Under the pieces are notes generated by a model. The model was not told the origin of the DNA. It made no database searches and saw only the letters and a program-made list of their open reading frames with translations. DNA of 64,000 nucleotides, from assembly GCF_006345805.1 (NCBI RefSeq), contig NC_043004.1:94674001-94738000 (forward strand), written 5' to 3'. Origin of the DNA: Octopus sinensis. Its lineage: Eukaryota. Shown here in pieces: positions 1-13,117 of the stretch (within the stretch, counting starts at the first letter, position 1; every line of letters begins with the position of its first letter). A program made the position numbers and the translations under genes.

Positions 1-339
1 TGACTTGGTCATTCATGAAGAGAGAATGTTTTTAAACATTCCTAATTAAATATTTTAAATCAGTTGTGTTTACATGAACAATTAGATGTCTTTATATGAA
101 CAAGTAATTATGCAAAGTATACACAATATTTGCTTCGCAACATTTTACCAACAAATTGTTTTATTAGTTTTAATTTTCTTATATATTTTCGCAATGTAAA
201 TTAAGCTACGAAAAAAAAAAAGTACACATCTAAATATAATGGTGAAATATTCTCACAAATTGTACCAAATTATGTTAAGAAATAATTTAGAATTTCTAGA
301 AATTTGTTTTGTTTCCAAATTTTGCTTCAGTAGAATTTG

Positions 340-365
340 GATATGTGTGTGCGTGTGTGCGCCTC

Positions 366-414
<49 letters not shown>

Positions 415-460
415 GTGTGTGTGTATGTGTGTGTGTGCTTGTGTTTGTATGTGTGTGCTT
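340..460. repeat. (GT)n/(TG)n microsatellite
   Basis: Direct inspection of the dinucleotide run. Confidence 0.95.
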
Positions 461-978
461 TTATGCCTGTGTGATATAATGGTTTAATGGAAGTGTAAAA
501 GAAACACATTTACATCTAATCATACAAACTTAATATTCGTATGATTGGATGTATGTTTGTGTAGAAGTGTTTGATTTTTATCATGAAGCAACATCCATAG
601 ATATTCTATTATATATGGATGCATATAAGTCTGTGTGTCTCGCTATGTGCATGTGTGTGTCATCATTATCATCATTGTCATCATCGTTTTAATACCCACT
701 TTTACGAACTTGCACAGGTGAGACAAAATTTGTTTTTGCTATGACCCGGATACCTTTCCTGTCGCCAACTCACACCTGTTTCCAAGTAAGATCATTACCC
801 CTCCTTTCAATGACTAGATATAACTTCGCAAAGAATTTTTAGCAAGCGTTTAAAAGATGGTGGCCTGTTTAAAATTACCGCGCACAAAACAAATAGAGAG
901 TACAGAAACACATACACGGCACTCATGCATACACGCACATATACACGGGCATAGACATACATACATATATATATACAT

Positions 979-1281
979 GTGGAGGCGCAATGGCACAGTG
1001 GTTACGGCAGCGGACTCGCGGTTATAGGATCGTAGTTTCGATCCCCAGACCGGGCGTTGTGAGTGTTTATTGAGCGAAAACACCTAAAGCTCCACAAGGC
1101 TCCGACAGCGGGGTAGTGGCGATCCCTACTGTACTCTTTTGCCACAAATTTTTCTCACTCTTTCTTCTGTTGGTCTGCTCGCTTAGCCAGCGGGGTGGCG
1201 TCATTTGAAGGCTAAAACAATGCGAACCGCATTGTGACCAGCGATGTGTAGCAACGTCTGATAGCTTGGTTGGTCACGGTA
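979..1281 (+). mobile_element. tRNA-derived SINE, family A (tail variant 1)
   Basis: Head gtggaggcgcaatggcacagtggtta...tttcgatcccc with A/B-box-like motifs. The same head occurs at 13571, 15571 and 51747(-). Ends in an (AT)n run. Confidence 0.85.
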
Positions 1282-1328
1282 ATATATATAATATATATAA
1301 TATATATATATATATATATCTATATATA

Positions 1329-1366
<38 letters not shown>

Positions 1367-1398
1367 TATATGTATGCATGTGTATATATATATGTATG

Positions 1399-1457
<59 letters not shown>

Positions 1458-1460
1458 ATT
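1282..1460. repeat. (AT)n microsatellite
   Basis: Direct inspection. Confidence 0.95.
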
Positions 1461-1842
1461 CTCTTTTGACTGAGGCCATGCTGGAGCACCGCCTTTAATC
1501 GAGAAACTCGACCCCGGGACTTATTTTTTTGTAAGCCCAGTACTTATTCTATCGGTTTCTTTTGCCGAACCGCTAGGTAACGGGGACATAAACACAGCAG
1601 CATCGGTTGTCAAGCAATGCTAGGGGGACAAACACAGACACAAAAACACACACGCGCATATATATATATACATATATACATATATACGACGGGCTTCTTT
1701 CAGTTTCCGTCTACCAAATCCACTCACAAGGCTTTGGTTGGTCTGAGGCTATAGTAGAAGATACTTGCCCAAGGTGCCACGCAGTGGAACTGAACCCGGA
1801 ACCATGTGGTTGGTAAACAAGCTACTTACCGCACAGCGCCTA
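1461..1842 (-). mobile_element. tRNA-derived SINE, family B
   Basis: Minus strand reads aggcgctgtgcggtaagtagcttg...ccgggttcagttccactgcgtggcaccttgggcaag, with an internal (AC)/(AT) tract. At least 7 homologous copies in the window. Confidence 0.9.
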
Positions 1843-2073
<231 letters not shown>

Positions 2074-2087
2074 CCACCCCCCGTGAA

Positions 2088-2417
2088 GGCGCATGGCTCA
2101 GTGGTTAGAGCGTCGAGCTTACGATCGTGAGGTTGTGAGCTCGAATCCCGGACCGGGCTGCGTGTTGTGTTCTCGAGCAAGGCACTTTATTTCACGTTGC
2201 TCCAGTTCACTCAGCTGTAGAAATGAGCTGCGACGTCACTGGTGCCAAGCTGTATCGACCTTTGTCTTTCCCTTGGATAACACTGGTGGCGTGGAGAGGG
2301 GAGGCTGGTATGCATGGGCGACTGCTGGCCTTCCATAAACAACCTTGCCCGGACTTGTGTCTAGGAGGGTAACTTTCTAGGTGCAATCCCATGGTCATTC
2401 ATGACCGAAAGGGGTCT
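2088..2417 (+). mobile_element. tRNA-derived SINE, family D
   Basis: tRNA-like head ggcgcatggctcagtggttagagcg...gagctcgaatcccgg followed by the SINE-type body gcaaggcactttatttcacgttgctccagttcactcagctg. Confidence 0.8.
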
Positions 2418-2517
2418 AAAAAAAAAAAAAATATACATAAATATAAATTTGAAGTTAAGGATAAAATCTTTGTAAGAAATTATAACAAGTTCAATACTGA
2501 ATTTTTGTTCACGCTAC

Positions 2518-2553
<36 letters not shown>

Positions 2554-2734
2554 TAATATAAATATTAGGGAATAAATCCAAATTTACAGGGAAAAAAATC
2601 AGATTTAGGATTAAATCCAATTTTATAGTAAAATATTATAAAATATTATTAGAGACAAAACCACTATTTTGCAAAACAAACAAGGAAAGACTTAATCAAT
2701 ACATAAAATTTTAATAAATAGTCAAAAAAAACCG

Positions 2735-2777
2735 CCACTACAATCGTTTCTTGTCTTGATCGACAATCTTCAGGTGG
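2735..2777 (-). ncRNA. Type I hammerhead ribozyme (intact core)
   Basis: Minus strand: ccac-CTGAAGA-ttgtc-gatcaa-gacaa-GAAAC-gatt-GTA-gtgg. Confidence 0.85.
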
Positions 2778-5700
2778 ACTTCCAATCTAAAAAATCAAAA
2801 TTTTAAAATATAAAAATAATAATTTTAAATAATTAAAGTATAAATGAAAAAATATAAGTATATAATCCATATATAACCTATATATAATCCATATCGAAAA
2901 TATAGACAAATTACCACGAATTCCCTAAAAAAAACCATGATAAAACAAAACTCTAAAAACATATAACGATAAAATCTCCCTTTGCTAAACTCTAAAACAA
3001 ACCTATATAGTAATCCCCCTAACCTAAACATTCACACACAAATACACACACGTAAACCACAGACCCACGACTTATACACATACCTATACTAACTTATAAA
3101 CCTCAATATACACCAAAACCCACTCCTCCCACACAGACAAATTAACACATACATCCTCCCAAAACCTAAATAACAAACCCATATACACATTCACACAACA
3201 CACACACACACAGCAAAACACGCACACACAACAGATACATATACTCCCTCACATATACCATATACATACTCACTAAACTCGACATATACAACAATACTTA
3301 CACACCCAAAAAATCATTAATACATTTATGAGCTTTAACTCACCTTAGCAGCTCTAACAAACAACTTGCAGTAACCCAATCCCATTCTCTATGCCTACCT
3401 CACTACTACACTATTCCATTCACACATTCCAAGCAACGCTAGTCCACCACCCGGTTATTCACGTGGCAAAACGAACACCACTCAAAATTATGAATGAAAC
3501 AATGTAAAAAAATAACCAACATCGAAAATAGACAAATTACCACGAATTACCTAAAAAAACCATGATAAACCAAAACTCATAAAAGCATATAACGATAAAA
3601 TCTCCCTTTGCTAAACCCTATAACAAACTTATATAGCAATCCCCCTAACCTAAACATTCACACACAAATACACACACGTAAACCACAGACCCAAGACTTA
3701 TACACAAACCTATACTAACTTATAAACCTCAAAATACACCAAAACCCACTCCCTCCCACACAGACAAATTAACACATACATCCCAAAACCTAAATAACAA
3801 ACCCAAATACACATTCACACACAAACACACACACACGCAAAACACACACACACAACAGATACATATACTCCCACATATACGCATATACATACTCACTAAA
3901 CTCGATATATACAACAATATTTACACACCCACACTCATACAGATAAATAAATTAATTATACAACTAAAACTCACAACCAATCTCATATACATAAACACTC
4001 CTATGAAAACAACATTAAATACATCGTAATTAACCAGAATATCAAAAATAACAATATGACATAAGGATAAATCAAATACATACTTACAATTCAGTTACAA
4101 ATTATGAAGTGAAATTAAATTCTTAGCCGTTAAAAAACCAAACAAAAATTACGTTACCATAGAAATAACTTATGTAAAAAAAGAATACGCGCCATAGAAA
4201 GTAAACGTCATTCAAAATATGAATGGAGAAATATAATAAATGGAACTAAAAACTATATCCACGTAGCAAACCAACGCTACTTAAAAAAATTTATTATGAA
4301 TGGATTCTTTAAAAACTACCATGAAAAACATTATATACATTTATGAGCTTTAGCTCACCCTAGCAGCTCTAACAAACAACTTACAGTAACCCAAACTATT
4401 CTCGATGCATACCTCACTACCACACTAATCCATTCACAATTCCAAGCAACGCTAGTCCACCACCCGTTACAATTCCCAACTCCACCCATTCATTCACAAT
4501 TTAAACGACGTTCCCTTCCACAACGCTACATATAAGCCTCAACATATACACGGAGATACACTTACACATCCGTGCGGATGGGTGAGATGTAAGATTAGAG
4601 TGATGGTGATGGCCCATTCTAAACAATTTGTACCTGTGTGGTAGTCTCCATGTGTATATTCACGCACGGGTATAAATGCAGGGGGTACACGCTCACTTCA
4701 TTTGCGTGTACCCCTCACATGTACATATATACTATTTTGGCTCGATATATGCAACAATGTAATCGCGCCCGTGTGTGTGAGCATTCACTGGTTGTGCCAT
4801 TCACCCATCTAGGTGTGAGTGGGTGTAAACGTATCGCTGTGGAGGTCGAGCTTGATACGTATAATTAGTGTGTATTAGGGGTTGTACGTACTAATTATGT
4901 GCATGTGCTTCACGCACTTGCGTCCATGTATGGATGAATATATTGGGATTACTATGTGGGTGTAAATAGGGTATGGGGGGGAGTTTTGTCATTGTATGGG
5001 TGTGGGTTTCATTTGTGATGGTGGTTAGTTGGTGATTATTAGTATGTTCTGTATATTTGGGTTAGTTATGTATTATTCTAGTGTGTATAATTGTATACAT
5101 ATAATTGGTGTGAATGGGATTACTCCCATTTTTGGGGATGTATGTGTTTATTTATCCATGTGGGGCGGGAGTGGCCGTTAGGTGCATATGCTGAGGCTCA
5201 CATGCAATCCCAAGTACAACGAATGAAGTGGGCACTTATATTTATTATGGGTGTGTGTACTTTATTATAAAAGACAATACCCAGATAAAATCTGTCAATT
5301 CAACATACCAAATAAAAAACAAAAAACAAAGGGATCTTAAACATTCACACATACATACAAAACTCAATAAAAACACCACTAAATAACACCCAAAACATAT
5401 AAATATATCCTCCAATACATATAACAAATGCAAAATAAAAATAAAAAAAAATAAAAAAAAATAAAAATAAAAATAAAAATAAAAATAAAAATAAAAATAA
5501 AAATAAAAAATAAAAAAATCTAATATAAATTATTAAAGTTTTAACGTACCATAAACTGTTAAATTAATATACATTAAAATGAACTAATTAAAACAAAGAA
5601 ATATCAATAAAGACTAACTATAATTAAAGCCTAGACAACATAACCAAAAATATATTATCTAAACTAATTAAACTAAACTAAAGTAACCTAAAAGGGAACT

Positions 5701-7521
5701 ATTATTGCTATTTATCATGAAACTTATTATATAGGTAAAGTAACTTGTGTCTGCATTTTATTTTGCGCTCTTCACCAGTATTAAGTAAATTGTAACCGGG
5801 TGGTGGACCTGTGTGGTAGTCTCCATGTGGTGGTGGACTAGCGTTGCTTGGAATTGTGAATGGATTAGTGTGGTAGTGAGGTATGCATCGAGAATAGTTA
5901 TGGGTTACTGTAAGTTGTTTGTTAGAGCTGCTAGGGTGAGCTAAAGCTCATAAATGTATATAATGTTTTTCATGGTAGTTTTTAAAGAATCCATTCATAA
6001 TAAATTTTTTTAAGTAGCGTTGGTTTGCTACGTGGATATAGTTTTTAGTTCCATTTATTATATTTCTCCATTCATATTTTGAATGACGTTTACTTTCTAT
6101 GGCGCGTATTCTTTTTTTACATAAGTTATTTCTATGGTAACGTAATTTTTGTTTGGTTTTTTAACGGCTAAGAATTTAATTTCACTTCATAATTTGTAAC
6201 TGAATTGTAAGTATGTATTTGATTTATCCTTATGTCATATTGTTATTTTTGATATTCTGGTTAATTACGATGTATTTAATGTTGTTTTCATAGGAGTGTT
6301 TATGTATATGAGATTGGTTGTGAGTTTTTAGTTGTATAATTAATTTATTTATCTGTATGAGTGTGGGTGTGTAAATATTGTTGTATATATCGAGTTTAGT
6401 GAGTATGTATATGCGTATATGTGAGGGAGTATATGTATCTGTTGTGTGTGTGTGTTTTGCGAGTGTGTGTGTTTGTGTGTGAATGTGTATTTGGGTTTGT
6501 TATTTAGGTTTTGGATGTATGTGTTAATTTGTCTGTGTGGGAGGAGTGGGTTTTGGTGTATTTTGAGGTTTATAAGTTAGTATAGGTTTGTGTATAAGTC
6601 TTGGGTCTGTGGTTTACGTGTGTGTATTTGTGTGTGAATGTTTAGGTTAGGGGGATTGCTATATAAGTTTGTTATAGGGTTTAGCAAAGGGAGATTTTAT
6701 CGTTATATGCTTTTATGAGTTTTGGTTTATCATGGTTTTTTTTAGGTAATTCGTGGTAATTTGTCTATTTTCGATGTTGGTTATTTTTTACATTGTTTCA
6801 TTCATAATTTTTGAGTGGTGTTCGTTTTGCCACGTGAATAACCGGGTGGTGGACTAGCGTTGCTTGGAATTGTGAATGGAATAGTGTAGTAGTGAGGTAG
6901 GCATAGAGAATGGGATTGGGTTACTGCAAGTTGTTTGTTAGAGCTGCTAAGGTGAGTTAAAGCTCATAAATGTATTTAATGATTTTTGTGGGTGTGTAAG
7001 TATTGTTGTATATGTCGAGTTTAGTGAGTATGTATATGCGTATATGTGAGGGAGTATATGTATCTGTTGTGTGTGCGTGTTTTGCGTGTGTGTGTGTGTG
7101 TTTGTGTGTGAATGTGTATATGGGTTTGTTATTTAGGTTTTGGGATGTATGTGTTAATTTGTCTGTGTGGGAGGAGTGGGTTTTGGTGTATATTGAGGTT
7201 TATAAGTTAGTATAGGTATGTGTATAAGTCGTGGGTCTGTGGTTTACGTGTGTGTATTTGTGTGTGAATGTTTAGGTTAGGGGGATTACTATATAGGTTT
7301 GTTTTAGAGTTTAGCAAAGGGAGATTTTATCGTTATATGTTTTAAGAGTTTTGTTTTATCATGGTTTTTTTTAGGGAATTCGTGGTAATTTGTCTATATT
7401 TTCGATATGGATTATATATAGGTTATATATGGATTATATACTTATATTTTTTCATTTATACTTTAATTATTTAAAATTATTATTTTTATATTTTAAAATT
7501 TTGATTTTTTAGATTGGAAGT

Positions 7522-7564
7522 CCACCTGAAGATTGTCGATCAAGACAAGAAACGATTGTAGTGG
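7522..7564 (+). ncRNA. Type I hammerhead ribozyme (intact core)
   Basis: ccac(7522-25) CTGAAGA(7526-32), stem II ttgtc/gacaa, GAAAC(7549-53) gatt GTA(7558-60) gtgg. Predicted cleavage after 7560. Confidence 0.88.
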
Positions 7565-7651
7565 CGGTTTTTTTGACTATTTATTAAAATTTTATGTATT
7601 GATTAAGTCTTTCCTTGTTTGTTTTGCAAAATAGTGGTTTTGTCTCTAATA

Positions 7652-7688
<37 letters not shown>

Positions 7689-7700
7689 GCGCGCGTGTAT

Positions 7701-7765
7701 ACATAGGTGTTTTCGCTCAATAAACACTCACAGCGCCCTGTCTGGCGATCGAAACTGTGATCAGT
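7701..7765 (-). mobile_element. SINE family A fragment
   Basis: aggtgttttcgctcaataaacactcaca is the reverse complement of the family A head region. Confidence 0.7.
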
Positions 7766-8662
7766 ATCCATCGTTGGATACCTTCAGTATTTATCGTTTT
7801 CTGTCTGGTTGACGATCTTTCCTCTCCATATTTATTACTGGATGTAATGCGTTGACATACAGGTTAACTGAAGGAAAAGCTTGTAAAATCACATGAAAAT
7901 ATCTTGCAACCACATGTCTCAAAGCAAATAAGGTGAACATCCGCGTGTGCGAATGTGTATGCGAGCGGCTTGACTTAATCCATGTCTAGCAACCGACAGG
8001 CAAGAGTGGCGCGTAATTAGAATGTGTTCCTTTATATAAGGGATGAACCAGAAGTACCTGACTTCCACGTCATCCGGAAGTTAATTGGAAGCTTCTAGAA
8101 TGTTTGAGAATTTTTGAGACGGTCAAGGGAGAATAATCTCGTTAGATCCCTTTTACGTTTTGCTTTCCTGCTTGATCGCCAGGGGTCACTACGTAAATAT
8201 ATTACGTGCCTACTAAAAAGTGAGAGCAACAACCACTTTAGAGTAGAGGAAGAATTCCTGGGCAGGTACTCTGTGTGTATAGCTGTCTCACTTGATCCAA
8301 AGGAAACTGAATCCACTCATCTAAATAGAAGTCTGAAGGAGAAGCACTCTTCACACCAGCAAAAAGCAATGCATGGGTACATATTCCGCAATAAGGAATA
8401 ACTACAAGATAAACAGGAGAACAAAGACGCCACCATTGTGATAGAAAATGTTGGGTATTCTATACAAGTGCAGAGGATATCGTCCACATCATCGGTGACA
8501 GTTCCAAAATGTCTACGAAATACTTCCTACCCTTGAGATATTATGTATTTGTAATAACTATTGACAATATTATCCGCAGGGAATTGCCCTAACGGGTACA
8601 TCAAAGACATTTTAGAACCAGAAAGTCTTTCCACCTTTAAAAAATAAGGCATATTCGTGAAA

Positions 8663-9055
8663 TCTTTATATATAAAAGTGAAGTTGTGTGTCTGTCTCCT
8701 ACGATTTAGATTCCTAACTACTCCCACATTTTGCGGTGCAGTTTAACCAAAAGCGGGTATCTTATAGTCGTGATTCATATCGAGCCCTTCTGGGTATTAG
8801 CGCGCGTCTACGATGAGTCTACGATTTAAAAAAAAATTTACCATCATTTTTCCCCATTTTTAATGCATTTTTTGCTATTATATAAGGGAAGTAACTCTCT
8901 AAAAATGTATTATTAAATCTCAGAACGTAAAAAGCTACAGTAACACCCCCTTTGTGGTTAGCCATATTGAGATGGCTATTATACTTTACATCTCTAAAAA
9001 TGCTTATATAGTTATTTCCCTTACAAACCCGAGCAACGCCGGGCGATACTGCTAG
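8663..9055 (+). mobile_element. Non-autonomous Helitron
   Basis: 5' TC, 3' CTAG, subterminal hairpin cccgagcaacgccggg, inserted between A and T. Confidence 0.9.
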
Positions 9056-9289
9056 TATTCCAATAAAAAACAGGCCTAACATTGATCTATGGAACAGAGA
9101 ACAATATCATGGACACTTGTATGGCTCAGCTATCCAGCAATGTGAATGTACCATCATAAATTCACGTAAAAGAGATCGTACATGTTGAACTAATGCAGTA
9201 ATTACAGCTCTTGTTCCCAGGATATAAATTTTCATCTGTACCTGTCATCAAAGATGGGTAGTATGTGAAGTTGGCACATAGTTGTAGAA

Positions 9290-9610
9290 AGGATAAATAG
9301 CGGGAGACATCGGTAGCCTGGACGCCGGGGGGGGGTCACAGCAGAGTTGGTTTAAATCCCAATTGTTGAGGGCAGTCTTCACAGCTCGCCAAGTCGTATT
9401 CGCCTTCACACGGAGCTTGTCTGGTTGTGTCTGGTTGTGTCGGCAACAGGAAGCAAAAAAAGAGAGAATAGCGGTAAAACCCAGCTGCTGCTGATGACTG
9501 TGCATGCGCATAAGGGACTTCCGGCATGCCTTCCGGAAGACTAATCCTTGCGCAAGCGCAGATGAAAATCCCAAAATGGCGTCTGGAACCTGGCGTCACT
9601 ACAGACACAT
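9290..9610. promoter_or_regulatory. CpG-rich promoter-like island
   Basis: Locally GC/CpG-rich. NRF1-like tgcatgcgca (9501-10) and tgcgcaagcgca (9549-60), ETS-like acttccgg (9517-24) and ttccggaa (9531-38), YY1-like aaaatggcg (9573-81). Confidence 0.55.
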
Positions 9611-12600
9611 TAGGTTATGTAACTACAAATTTGCAAAAAAAGTAAAAATAGAACTTTCTAAGAAAGAGCCAAAGAAACTGGTGCAGTTCTCCCAAATCCA
9701 GTCTACTAATGACACAGTAACAATTAGTAAGACATTTCAAAGACTCTCCATTCGAGATTCTTTAAATGATTATATGCACACATTTAGTTGTGTATTAATC
9801 TTCAAGGAAATACACGTGAAAAAAGTAATAAAGCACACACACACACATGCACAAACACCTAAGCACTGAAGAAAAATGTTTACACAGACCAATTTATGCT
9901 GGCACATCTACAGATATGCACAGGTCAACTCAACCACATGCTTACAACCCCCTGGAACTCTTTTAACTCAAAAAGTTTTGTCGCTTTGTTCTCAATCAGT
10001 TTCGACACCATTAAGTAGAACTTAGATATATTTCATAGCAAAACATACATACACCTTTCTTTGCTCAGAAAATGGCTGTCGTAGATAACAATCAATATTG
10101 TGGTTCCCCTGATGCTAGTCAAAAACTGACATTGAGACCGATAAGAATGTAAACAAACTGACACCACCAACTCCACCCTCACTCTGTCGGATCAGTATTT
10201 TCGTATACTCACCTGACATAACGACTGAAGAATATATGTAACTGAAAAGCATTTTACAACCACAGTGTGAAAAGAATTTATCAGCTTCCTCAATCTATCA
10301 TTATGTAACAAGTCATTTTTGGCGAGAATGGGGAGAAAATCAACCCCTCTCAAGATAAATTTTATTGCTTGTATCACTGGAGACTTTTTTTTTACAAAAA
10401 AAAAAGAACGCGAAAACATGTGCTGGAATATCGATACCTGTCAGTATCCTGTTACTGTTACTCTGAAGAAATGTCTGAGAGATATGTGTTAAGCAATCCG
10501 TCATAAGCAACCCCGGTGAGTAAGATATCGCATAAAAAAAAAGAAATTACAAATAATTTATACTGTAGAATACTGTAGTTAAATGCCATTATAAAGTGTA
10601 AAGCGAACGAAAATTTTACAACAGAGCGACCATAGCTTCTGAGAAAACTAATAAAATGTCGCAGAACGCTACTGAAAATCTTGAGGAAATATTGATAACT
10701 TTGAACCACAAACTCCTGATTCAGAGTGGAAAACTACGTTACCGAAAGGAACTCTTTACTAAGAATCTCTTCACCTGTATACAGAAGGAAAAGGAGGGAG
10801 GTATTGTGATAAAAAGGATCTCTTTCCAGAAAGATGTGAGATCATTTTGGTGTACGATCTGTAAGGAAAGCAAGGATTTTATTCGTAATGCAACATGACT
10901 AAACATGATAAATCAAGATTACTGCACCAACTACCGAAATTAAAGCTATTACTAATGTTGTGGGAAAGCTACATAAAGGCCAAGCACCTAGAAGAAACTT
11001 CGCATTTGGCTATTGGCACAAGACATTGACTTTTTATACTGAACTGGCTTCCCATAGCACGAGCAAACCTTTGTTCCTAAGAAGTAAAACGTACGAATTA
11101 TACGCGGGTTGCCTGAAATAATTTCTCCAAAATCATTGGATGGTTTAAAGATACAATTAGGGGCATTCAGCTAAGTGGAAAGAATGGAATAAGAGAGTGT
11201 GTTGATCAACTTATGGTAACTAAAGCTGTAGTGTGTAGTGTAAGAAAACATCACAGAATGCTGGTGACAGAATGGTTTCATTAAAGAAAGGAATTCAACT
11301 CAATTTCCCTCACATAGCAACTGAAGCGACCAGTGCTGCCAAAGTACCTGCTGTCTTAGTTGTTGGCATCGAAAGACTCGTGAAGATCTGATCACAGGCC
11401 TTACACATGTAATTGCAAATTGAGCAACTGTCTCTGATGCTATAAATGGTTCAAAAGAAATATTCCCAAGCAACAGTCTAGCTATACTTCTGTTTATTAT
11501 GGATCAAAATCCACTGTAATTGCTTCTACGAAAATTAGCTGGCTCTGAGACATTAACATTATTCCTAATTTCTTCGTGGATGATCTAACGGTCGATTTAT
11601 ACCTGAAATGTTTACAATACCGCAAAACAGGCAGAATTGAACACAACTTTTCCCGCTGATACTGAAATAGAGTTTGACCAAAAGAAATGTTTGTTGTTAA
11701 TAAATAAACGCCAGAAAACTGTTCTCCATATCCAAAATTTCGCATCACTGGTCTCTATGTCTCCCCTCTTCTACAAAACGAGTGCTACAAATATATCATA
11801 TAAAGTTACTATGCACAAAGAATAACCAAGGAATATTGCGTCAGACTTAAAAACGATATGATATTCAGAGTTCTCCTCTTATAACATGATAATGTCCAAT
11901 AATGCATTTTCGGTATCTATATTGATACCAACATTTGGGATACTTGATTGGTGTATAGAAGAAGTCCGCTCCATAGACATTAAGACCTTCAAGATTCTGA
12001 CACCAGCCGCGAATTTCGTAGAAACAACGATATTGGTTTCAAACCAGTATCAATTTCTCAAAGGAAAAGAGAGAGACAAAGAGGCTTAAGATCAGTAGAC
12101 AGACTTCTAGTATGATATCACTCAGATATCATCTGTTTAACAGCAGCAGCGAAAGTAAATAGATCATGCAAGGATTCAAAAATGAAGTGAATAAACACCA
12201 TGCTGGCTGGTGAGCTCCACAAGACATCCATTTCCTGATGACCACATGTGTGAACCCAGAAGTGCATGGCTCACATACCTCGACAAAGAACTAGAAGGGA
12301 AACACTCTACATATCAAAAATGTGGGTTATGCGTGCGTAGGTTTCCGATAAACTTGAAGAGCGTCATAATGTTACTATGAAGTGTAACCTTTCTTGGACA
12401 CACGGCTACTACATCATATCACATCCGAAAACTACGCTTTTGCAAACCAAGATTAGAAGATAGCGAGAAAATATATCATGAACAAACGGGACAGCGAAGC
12501 CCTTAAAATCACAAGATGCAACAGTAAAAGTCGATTATATCTTCATTCTGTGGAGGACATTACTCTTAATTAGCAACCGATTAAAGATGTCATTGAGGTA

Positions 12601-12787
12601 CTAATTCTCAGTGCGACGTGATGTTGTTGGCAAATCAATATACAATGTCGTCCGAAGAAAAAAAGACCGCTCCGAGATAAATATAAACAATGACTCTGTT
12701 ATGGAATGCACTCATAAATTTTTGCTCAAGGAATATTTGTGGAACATTCCCATCAAAATTTCTATCTAGTGGATGTGTAGTAAGTAT

Positions 12788-13117
12788 AGGCGTAGAAGTG
12801 GATGTGTGGCAAGTAGCTTGCTTACCAGCCACATGATTCCGGGTTCAGTCTCACTGCGTGACAATTTGGACAAGTGCCTTCTACTATAGCCTCGGGCCGA
12901 CCAAAGCCTTGTGAGTGGATTTGGTTGAAGGAAATTGAAAAAGAAGCCCGTTGTATATATGTGTGTATATATATATTTGACAAAAGAGACCGATAGAATA
13001 AGTACTACTCTTACAAAGAATAAGTCCTGGGGTTGATTCGCTCGACTAAAGGTGGTGCTCCAGCATGGCCGCAGTCAAATGACTGAAACAAGTAAAAGAG
13101 TAAAAGAGTAAAGAGTA
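12788..13117 (+). mobile_element. SINE family B (internally deleted)
   Basis: Homologous to 43885-44295, lacking the central segment. Confidence 0.85.

Larger units (their letters stand above)
2566..7661. mobile_element. 5 kb inverted-repeat (tail-out) Penelope-like/retrozyme-like structure with a hammerhead in each arm
   Basis: Arm 2637-4470 is the near-perfect reverse complement of about 5787-7661. Each arm has an internal partial tandem duplication, strong AC versus GT strand skew and an HHR near its outer end. Confidence 0.85.

Noticed and set aside
979-1060. Functional tRNA genes at the SINE heads (also 2088, 13571, 15571, 26787, 43885)
   Set aside because: Each runs straight into a conserved dispersed body and lacks a properly paired acceptor stem.
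2800-4470. Mitochondrial insertion (NUMT), suggested by the strong A/C strand skew
   Set aside because: No mitochondrial gene, rRNA or tRNA motifs are recognisable. The terminal hammerhead and partial tandem structure fit a Penelope-like origin better.
9504-9869. 121 aa ORF downstream of the promoter-like island
   Set aside because: No recognisable domain, and it runs into AT-rich and CA-repeat sequence. Only a short first exon would be plausible.
10400-12620. Possible L1/Tx1-type or LTR retroelement remnant (KEGGIVIK motif near 10795)
   Set aside because: One weak motif among many stops is too little to name an element.
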